Source: Actinomycetota bacterium (GTDB taxonomy: Bacteria > Actinomycetota > Actinomycetes > Nanopelagicales > Nanopelagicaceae). Taken from it: a stretch of 58,235 nt of DNA. The position numbers and the translations under genes are program-made. Each line of letters opens with the position of its first letter. Positions within the stretch are counted from its first letter, which is position 1. The notes below the pieces were generated by a model, which was given only the letters and a program-made list of their open reading frames with translations, had not been told where the DNA came from and ran no database searches. Location of the stretch: contig JAPLBA010000065.1 in the NCBI GenBank assembly GCA_026393015.1, positions 1-58,235 on the forward strand, written 5' to 3'. Shown here piece by piece: positions 20,556 through 28,204 of the stretch.

Positions 20556-21136
20556 TGTGGGGATTAACAAGTGGCGAGTGGATTGTGGGCGCACTGCTGG
20601 TATTCGTTGCACTGCTCTGGGTATGCACTGCACCGCGCGCGCTGGGCTTTAAGGCGGCGCCGCAAATAACTCGTGAAATTGAGATCGTGATCGACATTGA
20701 TGCTCCACCTGCAAGAGTGTGGGATGCAATTGTCGATTGGGAGAGTCAGAGTGCATGGATGGCAATGACGCAAGTCTGGGTCGAACCGGGTGCACCTCGC
20801 GCAGGTGTGGGCGCCCGCATCGAAGCATTCACCGGTCTGCGGGCTCGAAAGGCTTCCGCAAGTGGGCTCCCACTCATCGGTTTTCTCGACACCATGACAG
20901 TGACTCGATGGGAGGCTCCCACCCGATGCGATGTATTGCATACTGGCAAAGTTGTGAAAGGAACCGGAACCTTCATCGTGGAACCGCGAGCTGGCGGCGC
21001 GCGCTTTCGTTGGAGTGAAGTAGTTGAAGTGCCGGGGGGTTACTTGGGGGCCGCTCTCTGGCCGATTGCCCGCGTGGGCTTGCACGGCAGCGTGAAATTC
21101 TCATTAAAGGCTTTGGCTCGATCCCTTCACAGTTGA
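20555..21136 (+). CDS. SRPBCC (polyketide cyclase/START-like) protein with an N-terminal TM helix
   Basis: IDAPPARVWDAIVDWESQSAWM is typical of SRPBCC. ATG 20555 overlaps the LOG stop (TGATG), with AGGAAG 8 nt upstream. Confidence 0.65.
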   Translation: MWGLTSGEWIVGALLVFVALLWVCTAPRALGFKAAPQITREIEIVIDIDAPPARVWDAIVDWESQSAWMAMTQVWVEPGAPRAGVGARIEAFTGLRARKASASGLPLIGFLDTMTVTRWEAPTRCDVLHTGKVVKGTGTFIVEPRAGGARFRWSEVVEVPGGYLGAALWPIARVGLHGSVKFSLKALARSLHS

Positions 21137-21172
21137 CCCATTCACGCTCTCAAGCCCGGTACCGTCAGAGGC

Positions 21173-21394
21173 GTGAATGAGCAAAATTCCCTGGGCCCGC
21201 TCCTTGGTGCCCCCGAATTGCTCGCTCGCCTGCCCCAGGAGGAGCAGATCTTGATCACCCTCCACTACATCAAAGGCCAGAGTGCGCAGGAGATCGCCAC
21301 ACTTCTCGGCGTCCCAGCTCGCTCTGTGGAGGTTATTTTGCGCCAGGGCAGGAGTAGGTTGCTCGGCTTTCTGGGGATCTCAGAGGGTTCCTGA
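21173..21394 (+). CDS. stand-alone sigma-70 region-4 (HTH) ORF, possibly a sigma-factor remnant
   Basis: The 73-aa ORF contains only a region 4.2-like HTH (LPQEEQILITLHYIKGQSAQEIATLLGVPARSVEVILRQGRSRL). No region-2 coding capacity exists upstream, because the SRPBCC gene ends at 21136. Confidence 0.45.
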   Translation: MNEQNSLGPLLGAPELLARLPQEEQILITLHYIKGQSAQEIATLLGVPARSVEVILRQGRSRLLGFLGISEGS

Positions 21395-21505
21395 AGCGCG
21401 GTGAACGCCTCGGACCTGCACCTATAAGCGTGGAAAAGAGCAGTTTTTGGTCTCCGGGCGCCTTCTCTGGGATACTTAATGCACGGAAAACCCCAACCCT
21501 AACTG

Positions 21506-21573
21506 GAACCCCAATTCGAACCCCAATTCGAACCCCAATTCGAACCCTAATTCGAACCCTAATTCGAACCCCA
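21506..21573. repeat. 12-bp tandem repeat x5.7 (gaaccccaattc / gaaccctaattc)
   Basis: Direct reading. A degenerate copy lies upstream (21488-21505). The array ends at the AAGGAG Shine-Dalgarno of the DUF3117 gene. Confidence 0.95.
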
Positions 21574-21584
21574 AGGAGTGACAT

Positions 21585-21764
21585 ATGGCCGCCATGAAGC
21601 CGCGGACTGGAAACGGTCCGATGGAAGTCACTAAAGAGGGTCGCGGTTTGGTGATGCGAGTTCCACTCGAAGGTGGCGGTCGTCTGGTCGTAGAGCTGAA
21701 TGGCGCAGAAGCCCAAGAATTAGGCGACGCTTTACTCGCAGCAGTTCTCCTCGTTAAGAAGTAG
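21585..21764 (+). CDS. DUF3117 family small protein (59 aa)
   Basis: Not in the supplied ORF track because it is under 60 aa. AAGGAG lies 6 nt upstream of ATG 21585. The translation MAAMKPRTGNGPMEVTKEGRGLVMRVPLEGGGRLVVELNGAEAQELGDALLAAVLLVKK matches the highly conserved actinobacterial DUF3117 pattern. TAG stop at 21762-21764. Confidence 0.85.
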   Translation: MAAMKPRTGNGPMEVTKEGRGLVMRVPLEGGGRLVVELNGAEAQELGDALLAAVLLVKK

Positions 21765-21767
21765 ACC

Positions 21768-23204
21768 ATGCCGCCACGGCTGGTCATTGGTGCATCGCGC
21801 ACCACCGAAATACGAATCCTTACCTTTCTTGCTGGCGACTCTCTCGATTCTCACTTCTCTTCCTACACTCTCGACCGTGACATCTCAGTTGACGTGCCTG
21901 ATTTCACTGGTGGGGCTGGTGAAGTTGGTGAAGTTTCCGCCACTTCAGCACAAGGTGTGCGCTCTCGATTAATTCTGGTGGGACTCGGATCGGCACAAGC
22001 TGCTGAGGTGCGCAAAGCCGGCGCAGCCGCAGGCCGTCGCGTGCGCGGCAAAGCGAGTGTTGTTTCTGTTCATATCGCGCTGACTCACGCAGGTGCGTTC
22101 CTTACCTCGCTTTCGTTAGCTACTTACGCATTTAATGATCTGAAGTCTCTCTCGGATGGCACTAAGCAATTAGAAACGATTGAAATCGATACAAAGGCAA
22201 AGTGGAGCAAGTTAGCTCATACTCAATCAATCATCGACGGTATTTTTCTGGCTAGAGATTTGGTGCATACTCCAGCCAATATTAAGAGTCCGGCGTGGAT
22301 GGCTGCGCAATCAGTGTTAGTTGCCACCGCGAATGGTTTAAAGAGTCGCGTTCGTGAAGAACGAGAACTTGAAAAGGAAGGCTTCGGAGGAATTCTCGCG
22401 GTCGGACAATCTTCACGCGATCGCGGTCCCCGATTCATTGAATTAAGTTATGCGCCCCGTGGGAGCGCTAAGTGGCCGCATGTTGTATTAATTGGTAAAG
22501 GAATTGTCTTCGATACCGGCGGAATATCACTGAAGCGTCCATACGACATCATGATTGCAATGAAGAGTGATATGGCTGGGGTGGCTGGCATCATCGGCAC
22601 GATGTCGACTCTCGGAATCACCAAACCCAGAGTGCGAGTTACTGCGCTCCTCGCATGTGCCGAGAACACCATCTCGGGCACCGCTCAACGTCCTTCCGAC
22701 GTCATCACGCACTTCGGTGGCACCACGGTCGAAGTCAAAGACACGGACGCCGAGGGAAGATTGGTCTTGGCAGATGCGCTCGCCTATGCCGCGGAGGTAT
22801 TAAAACCAGATGTGGTCATCGATATGGCAACACTGACCGCCGCCGCTACCTTGGGATTGGGTCGACAATATGCCGCGCTCTATTCCAATGATGATGAGCT
22901 CGCCCTTGAGCTAGAAACCGCAGGATTAGCTTCGGGGGATCGCGCCTGGCGGATGCCTCTTATCGAGGATTATCGTGAATCTTTGCGGAGTGATATCGCA
23001 GATCTCAGCAATATTTCATCAGGTGGAGTGGGGGCTGGTTCGATTACGGCTGCGCTCTTCCTCCAGCACTTTGTGGGTGACTATCGCTGGGCTCATCTAG
23101 ATATTGCAGGCAGTGGCCGGTCTGAAGTCGATGCCGGCGAAAACATCAAGGGCGGTACTGGCTACGGGGTTCGCCTCCTCACGGAATGGTTGGTTCGCCA
23201 ATGA
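21768..23204 (+). CDS. pepA: leucyl aminopeptidase (M17)
   Basis: 478 aa with M17 motifs (GKGIVFDTGGISLK, DTDAEGRLVLADAL). Confidence 0.85.
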   Translation: MPPRLVIGASRTTEIRILTFLAGDSLDSHFSSYTLDRDISVDVPDFTGGAGEVGEVSATSAQGVRSRLILVGLGSAQAAEVRKAGAAAGRRVRGKASVVSVHIALTHAGAFLTSLSLATYAFNDLKSLSDGTKQLETIEIDTKAKWSKLAHTQSIIDGIFLARDLVHTPANIKSPAWMAAQSVLVATANGLKSRVREERELEKEGFGGILAVGQSSRDRGPRFIELSYAPRGSAKWPHVVLIGKGIVFDTGGISLKRPYDIMIAMKSDMAGVAGIIGTMSTLGITKPRVRVTALLACAENTISGTAQRPSDVITHFGGTTVEVKDTDAEGRLVLADALAYAAEVLKPDVVIDMATLTAAATLGLGRQYAALYSNDDELALELETAGLASGDRAWRMPLIEDYRESLRSDIADLSNISSGGVGAGSITAALFLQHFVGDYRWAHLDIAGSGRSEVDAGENIKGGTGYGVRLLTEWLVRQ

Positions 23205-23818
23205 ATAGTGTTGATGCGTTCATCGAAAATTTCCGAAGTGAAGATGATGCTTTACCTGCTGCTCGAGCTCGCGCAGTAGAGGTGGGAAGTAATGAGCCCA
23301 CAGCTGCCGTGGGTGCACTATCGGCCTTCTTCGCGGAATTAATTGATGCTAGAAACGTGGTGGAAGCGCGCACTGGCGTAGGCCTTACAGCATTGTGGTT
23401 GCTACGCGGATTAGATAAAGATGCAGTGCTTACGAGCATCGATGCGGAAGCTGAGCACATTCGCCTGGCGCGTGAATCTCTTGCGGAGTACCCCACTTCG
23501 CAAATCCGGTTGATCTCTGGTGATCCACTTGAACTCCTAGGTAGGTTGACTGATGGCGCTTACGACATGGTTTGCCTGCGCCTTGATGCACGTGATCTTG
23601 CGGCTGCTATTGAGGAGTCTCATCGCCTGCTTCGGGCTGGTGGCATTCTCTTTATTTCTAATGCGTTGGGAGAAGGGAAAGTTCCTGATCCCGCACAGCG
23701 TGACGAAGTGACCATCGCAATACGTGAAGCCGGGCGCCACCTAAGAAGCGATGATCAGCGCTGGCGCACCACCCTTATCCCTGTAGGCGACGGTGTGCTG
23801 GTGGCCTTCCGTCTCTAA
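23201..23818 (+). CDS. class I SAM-dependent O-methyltransferase
   Basis: ATG 23201 overlaps the pepA stop (ATGA). The protein has a caffeoyl-CoA-OMT-like fold pattern (VEARTGVGLTALWLLRGL) and occupies the same position as the methyltransferase upstream of sigE/htrA in mycobacteria. Confidence 0.75.
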   Translation: MNSVDAFIENFRSEDDALPAARARAVEVGSNEPTAAVGALSAFFAELIDARNVVEARTGVGLTALWLLRGLDKDAVLTSIDAEAEHIRLARESLAEYPTSQIRLISGDPLELLGRLTDGAYDMVCLRLDARDLAAAIEESHRLLRAGGILFISNALGEGKVPDPAQRDEVTIAIREAGRHLRSDDQRWRTTLIPVGDGVLVAFRL

Positions 23819-23862
23819 TCTCTCCCTGATCCCCTCTAATCGTCCCTAATCCCGCCCAATAC
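23811..23862. repeat. degenerate ~10-11 bp repeat (cyctaatc core) x5
   Basis: gtctctaatc tctccctgatc ccctctaatc gtccctaatc ccgcccaata. The array starts on the methyltransferase stop codon. Confidence 0.6.
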
Positions 23863-23943
23863 TCAGAGAGTTTTCACATTTGATTCAGCAAGATCCAAGG
23901 TGAGTAAGTCATAATCAAGTCTGTTTGATAATCGAAAGAGGGA

Positions 23944-25164
23944 GTGATGAACCAAATGCCAGGTGAGGAGGTTCCGTGGTGGAGCCAACCTGCGCCCACG
24001 TCAATAACTCCGGCGACCATTACTCCGGCGACAACTCCGCTCTCTCCCGCAAGACCTCAACTTCCTATTATCCTCTTACTTAGCTTGACTCTGGTTGCTG
24101 GCGTACTCGGTGGAGGCATCGGATATTTTGTGGCTCACTACTCCGACGGTCGTTCCACGCCTGACGCGCGCGCGCAATTTGCAAACGCCGCTGATGGTCA
24201 AGCGTTAACAACTTCTACCGCGACGATTGAACGCGCTCCGGGATCAATTGCTGGGATTGCAGCGGGAGTGTTGCCGTCGGTAGTTTCTATTTCGACCACC
24301 TCGAGCGCTGGTTCCGGGACTGGTTCTGGATTTGTCATTCGCTCGGATGGATACATTCTCACGAATAATCACGTGGTTGCCGACGCCGCAGATGGTGCTG
24401 GAAAGATTGCTGTGCAATTTAATGGCGGGAAGAGTGTTGCGGCTGAAATCGTCGGGCGCGATGCCACATACGATTTGGCAGTTATTAAAGTAAATATGAA
24501 AAATCTCAAGGCACTGGTGCTCGGCGATAGCGATAAAGTCGTAGTAGGCGATTCGGTGATTGCAATCGGTTCACCACTCGGCCTCACCGGTACTGTAACC
24601 ACAGGTGTGGTGAGTGCGAAGGATCGTCCAGTAAGTGCAGGAGGAGGCTCGGACGCGCAGAATTCATTTATCAATGCCATTCAAACCGACGCTGCCATCA
24701 ATCCTGGAAATTCTGGTGGACCACTTGTAGACGTTACCGGTGCTGTTATTGGTATCAACTCGGCTATTGCGTCGATGAGTTCTTCGAGAGGGCAATCTGG
24801 TTCTATTGGCTTGGGTTTTGCAATTCCAATGAATCAGGCAAAGCGAACTGCGGAACAATTGATCGCTACCGGGAAATCATCGCATCCGATTTTGGGTGTC
24901 TCACTTGATCTGCAATTTGCTGGACCTGGCGCGCGTATTTCCACCGTGCCCGGCGCGGTGGTGACCAGTGGCCCAGCAGCTGAGGCGGGTCTACTCTCTG
25001 GTGATCTCATCTTGTCGATCGACGGACGCAATGTGGCAAATGCCGAGGAACTCATTGTGGCAATTCGCTCGCACGCTCCGGGAGATAAAGTAAAGATTTC
25101 GTACATCCGCGTGAAGAAAACCATCGATGTCACAGTTACACTGGTGGCTGCTCCAGCCAATTAA
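23944..25164 (+). CDS. htrA: HtrA/DegP-family S1C serine protease with a PDZ domain
   Basis: TM anchor, catalytic motifs (TNNHVV, D, GNSGGPLV) and a C-terminal PDZ (GLLSGDLILSIDG). The start is GTG 23944 or ATG 23947. Confidence 0.85.
   Translation: MMNQMPGEEVPWWSQPAPTSITPATITPATTPLSPARPQLPIILLLSLTLVAGVLGGGIGYFVAHYSDGRSTPDARAQFANAADGQALTTSTATIERAPGSIAGIAAGVLPSVVSISTTSSAGSGTGSGFVIRSDGYILTNNHVVADAADGAGKIAVQFNGGKSVAAEIVGRDATYDLAVIKVNMKNLKALVLGDSDKVVVGDSVIAIGSPLGLTGTVTTGVVSAKDRPVSAGGGSDAQNSFINAIQTDAAINPGNSGGPLVDVTGAVIGINSAIASMSSSRGQSGSIGLGFAIPMNQAKRTAEQLIATGKSSHPILGVSLDLQFAGPGARISTVPGAVVTSGPAAEAGLLSGDLILSIDGRNVANAEELIVAIRSHAPGDKVKISYIRVKKTIDVTVTLVAAPAN
24005..24040 (+). repeat. 15-bp tandem repeat x2.4 inside the htrA 5' end (encodes ITPATITPATTP)
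   Basis: taactccggcgacca / ttactccggcgacaa / ctccgc. Confidence 0.85.
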
Positions 25165-25170
25165 CGCGCC

Positions 25171-26145
25171 TTACACCTCGATGGTGCGCCCGAACTTACT
25201 GCCCTCTGCTCGTTGCATAAGTAGGCCAGCAAGTGCGGCATCCTGTATGCCAATTCCTACACTGTTGTAGATCCATAAGTCATCGCTTGAAGTACGACGA
25301 AAACCAGCATTTAACTTCTCCCCAAAACTAATCAGGGTTGTGGGGTCGAGTGTGCCTGCGGCGATCGCCTCCACCAGCGGACCAGCCTGTCGAATTGAAG
25401 TTTCTACATCATCTACTGCGATGGCGGCAGCGGCGTGCACCACATCTTGACCGTATTCGCATCGCCCAGGACCAAATGATCCAATGCTCACAAGTAGCTG
25501 AGTCTGAGCGAGCCAAGTTGCCTCTAAAAGTGGGGTGGTGGAATTGGTCGCTGTAATCACGACGTCGGCGCCTTCGACCGCCTCGCGTGCGCTTTTGGCG
25601 AGCGTGAATTCCAAGTGATGTGACTTCGCAAATTCAGCGAGGATGTGCGCACGTTCTGGATTTCTTGCAAAAGTACGAAATGTCGCCGATGGAAAGAGCT
25701 CGTGGAGAAACTCCATGTGCGAGATAATTTGTGGACCGCTTCCTATGAAAGCAATCGTTTTTGGCGCGGCTGCGGTGAAAGTCTCTACCGCGATGGCGCT
25801 GGCGGCTGCGGTTCGCATGAGAGTGACTGATTCACCGTCGATGATGGTGTGCAATTCACCGGTCTTCTCGTCTGAAACCAAAATAGTCGCATGGATAGCG
25901 GGTTTGCCGATCTCGGCGTTGGTCGGGTTGATACTCCCCATTTTGACTACCGCAGGTTGCCCTATGCCGGCGCGTGCGAGGTAGGCAAAGGCCACGCTTT
26001 CGTGATCTCCCGGAAGCAGGGCGCGGGGCGCGAGGAGCGCCTCACCGCGGTACATGGCAGCAAAGACCTCTCGTTGGGTCTGCAACACGTCCTCAAGGCT
26101 CACGAGCGCGTGTACGTCGGCGGCTGAGAGGAAGTGCAGAGCCAC
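25171..26145 (-). CDS. ornithine cyclodeaminase/mu-crystallin family protein
   Basis: OCD-family pattern (TIAFIGSGPQIISHMEFL Rossmann; MRTAAASAIAV). The ORF extends to 26379, but that extension overlaps tatB. GTG 26145 (VALHFLSAADV...) gives a typical ~325-aa length. Confidence 0.65.
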   Translation of the reverse strand: MALHFLSAADVHALVSLEDVLQTQREVFAAMYRGEALLAPRALLPGDHESVAFAYLARAGIGQPAVVKMGSINPTNAEIGKPAIHATILVSDEKTGELHTIIDGESVTLMRTAAASAIAVETFTAAAPKTIAFIGSGPQIISHMEFLHELFPSATFRTFARNPERAHILAEFAKSHHLEFTLAKSAREAVEGADVVITATNSTTPLLEATWLAQTQLLVSIGSFGPGRCEYGQDVVHAAAAIAVDDVETSIRQAGPLVEAIAAGTLDPTTLISFGEKLNAGFRRTSSDDLWIYNSVGIGIQDAALAGLLMQRAEGSKFGRTIEV

Positions 26146-26232
26146 GAGATCTCCTTCTTGAGTCGGGCGCAGCCAGTGGGGCAGGCAACGCTCAGATGCC
26201 CTAACCTTACCGATCGGGATTAGGCTGGTCAC

Positions 26233-26544
26233 ATGTTCGATATCGGCGGGGGAGAGCTCTTTGGGCTTGGAGTACTTGCCGTGTTGCTCTTTGGTCCAGA
26301 TCGACTCCCTAATATGGCGCGTGAGGCGGCATCCTTCTTGCGTAAGGTGCGTGAATTCACCTCGCAGACAACGGCCCAAATCAAAGATGAAACCGGCTCA
26401 GATTTGATTCGCGACATTGGTGAAGTAACCCGACAGATTCGTTCTCCACGGCGAGCAATCGTAGATTCGCTTCTTAACCCTGGTGATTCATCGAGTTCGA
26501 CTGTGCCAGTAACTAAGCCGCACTTTGATCCTGAAACTCCTTGA
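26233..26544 (+). CDS. tatB: Sec-independent (Tat) translocase subunit, TatA/B family
   Basis: N-terminus MFDIGGGELFGLGVLAVLLFGPDRLP. Its position between htrA and mrp matches mycobacteria. Confidence 0.75.
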   Translation: MFDIGGGELFGLGVLAVLLFGPDRLPNMAREAASFLRKVREFTSQTTAQIKDETGSDLIRDIGEVTRQIRSPRRAIVDSLLNPGDSSSSTVPVTKPHFDPETP

Positions 26545-26584
26545 CGATTAACCGAATGATTTTTAACAAAGAGAAAAGGCGATA

Positions 26585-27724
26585 ATGACAAACGAGTTAT
26601 ACGCAGATATCACGCGCGCTCTAAGCGGCGTCAGCGATCCGGAACTTCGCCGGCCTCTTACTGAGTTAGACATGGTCGAAAGCGTGGTGGTTGACGAAGC
26701 TGGGGTGGCAACCATTGGTATTCGTCTCACGATTGCCGGATGTCCCATGAAGGATCGACTTACGGCCGATGTGACTGCAGCGGTGGCGCCTCTTGCTGGA
26801 ATCTCTAAAGTCAATCTCACGTTCACTGTGATGAATGAAGAGCAACGGGGCAAAGTGAAATCTCTCTTGCGAGGCGGTGCTGCAGAGCGGTTCATTCCAT
26901 TCGCAGCGCCGGGTTCGCTCACCAAAGTGATTGGTATTGCCTCAGGTAAAGGTGGAGTTGGTAAGTCATCGCTCACGGCAAATCTCGCAGTGGCGATGGC
27001 GGAGCAGGGACAGCGCGTGGGCATCCTCGATGCTGACGTCTACGGTCACTCCATTCCGCGCATTCTTGGGCTGATGGGCCAACGCCCCACGGCGATCGAT
27101 CAAACCTTTATCCCACTTGAAGCATTCGGTGTGAAATGTGTGTCGATGGAAATGTTCAAGCCAGATCGTAAAGACCCGGTGGCCTATCGTGGGCCGCTCC
27201 TTCACCGAGTGCTCGAACAATTGCTGGCCGATGCATATTGGGGAGATTTGGATGTGCTCTTACTTGATTTACCCCCTGGAACGGGTGATCTGGCAATTTC
27301 CTTGGGTCAAATGATTCCAAATTCTGAGCTGATTGTGGTGACTACTCCGCAAATTGCGGCTGCCGAGGTTGCTGAGCGCGCAGGGCGTATTGGCCATCAA
27401 CTTAAGCAACGCATTAGCGGGGTCATTGAGAATATGTCATCATTCCCCTGCCCTCACTGCGGAGATCCGATTGATCTTTTCGGTACCGGAGGTGGCGAGG
27501 CGACCGCGACTGCACTCGCTCAGCTCACTGGTACTGATGTTCCTTTGATGGCAAAGATTCCTTTTGATGTGAAACTTCGCGAGGGCGGGGATAAGAGTCT
27601 GCCGTTGGTGCTCAGTGATCCTGATCGCCCCGCATCGCAGGCAATAGTGAAAGCGGCACGCGACATCGCCGGTAAGCCCAGAGGTTTGGTGGGGATGAGT
27701 TTAGGAATTTCCAGCAGTCGGTGA
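26585..27724 (+). CDS. mrp: Mrp/ApbC Fe-S cluster carrier ATPase with an N-terminal DUF59/MIP18 domain
   Basis: P-loop SGKGGVGKSS, a CPHCG motif and a DUF59-like N-terminus (DPELRRPLTELDMV). Confidence 0.9.
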   Translation: MTNELYADITRALSGVSDPELRRPLTELDMVESVVVDEAGVATIGIRLTIAGCPMKDRLTADVTAAVAPLAGISKVNLTFTVMNEEQRGKVKSLLRGGAAERFIPFAAPGSLTKVIGIASGKGGVGKSSLTANLAVAMAEQGQRVGILDADVYGHSIPRILGLMGQRPTAIDQTFIPLEAFGVKCVSMEMFKPDRKDPVAYRGPLLHRVLEQLLADAYWGDLDVLLLDLPPGTGDLAISLGQMIPNSELIVVTTPQIAAAEVAERAGRIGHQLKQRISGVIENMSSFPCPHCGDPIDLFGTGGGEATATALAQLTGTDVPLMAKIPFDVKLREGGDKSLPLVLSDPDRPASQAIVKAARDIAGKPRGLVGMSLGISSSR

Positions 27725-28204
27725 TTCCCTCTTCTTCATTTCATCTACCAGCTCTTCAAGTAGGTCACGAAGTTCACTTCGCACGAAGTCACGAGTGGCG
27801 ACTTCACCCAGCGCATTGCGAAGCGCAGCTACTTCTCGGGTGAGGTAATCGGTATCAGCCAAGTTACGCTCATCACGGCTACGATCCTCCGCTCCCTGAA
27901 TACGATCGCGATCTGCTTGGCGATTTTGTGCAAGCAAGATCAAAGGCGCAGCGTACGACGCCTGTAAGGAAAGAATGAGTGTGAGGAAGATGAAGGGGAA
28001 CTCATCGAAACGCAGGTTGTGTGGGGCAAGTGAATTCCACAGCACCCAGAATGCCACGACTGTTGTCATGTACACCAAGAAGCGGGCGGTTCCCATGAAG
28101 CGTGCAAAGCGTTCTGAGATCTGACCAAAAATTTCGGGATCGTAGGCCGGTCGAAGGGAACGACGTACTTCTACTGGTTGATCGAGCCGTTGTGAGCGAA
28201 CCAT
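27701..28204 (-). CDS. DUF1003 family membrane protein
   Basis: Typical DUF1003 core (FPFIFLTLILSLQASYAAPLILLAQNRQADRDR). ATG 28204 shares one nt with the upstream stop (TAATG); the ORF also opens further up at 28243. Confidence 0.75.
   Translation of the reverse strand: MVRSQRLDQPVEVRRSLRPAYDPEIFGQISERFARFMGTARFLVYMTTVVAFWVLWNSLAPHNLRFDEFPFIFLTLILSLQASYAAPLILLAQNRQADRDRIQGAEDRSRDERNLADTDYLTREVAALRNALGEVATRDFVRSELRDLLEELVDEMKKRESPTAGNS

Noticed and set aside
21488-21565. Telomere-like motifs (ccccaa, ccctaa) within the 12-bp array.
   Set aside because: The location is internal, between two conserved housekeeping genes. The period is 12 bp, not 6-7 bp. The resemblance is most simply coincidental.
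21333-21805. Two long minus-strand ORFs (127 and 109 aa) that translate the 12-bp array as (RIRV/RIGV)n or (GFEL)n.
   Set aside because: They are antisense to the well-supported DUF3117 gene and the pepA start. Their length derives from the stop-free repeat and they show no family features. Treated as shadow ORFs.
26146-26379. A 78-aa N-terminal extension of the ornithine-cyclodeaminase-family ORF.
   Set aside because: It overlaps the tatB start region on the other strand, adds non-homologous sequence, and gives an atypically long protein. GTG 26145 yields the family-typical length.
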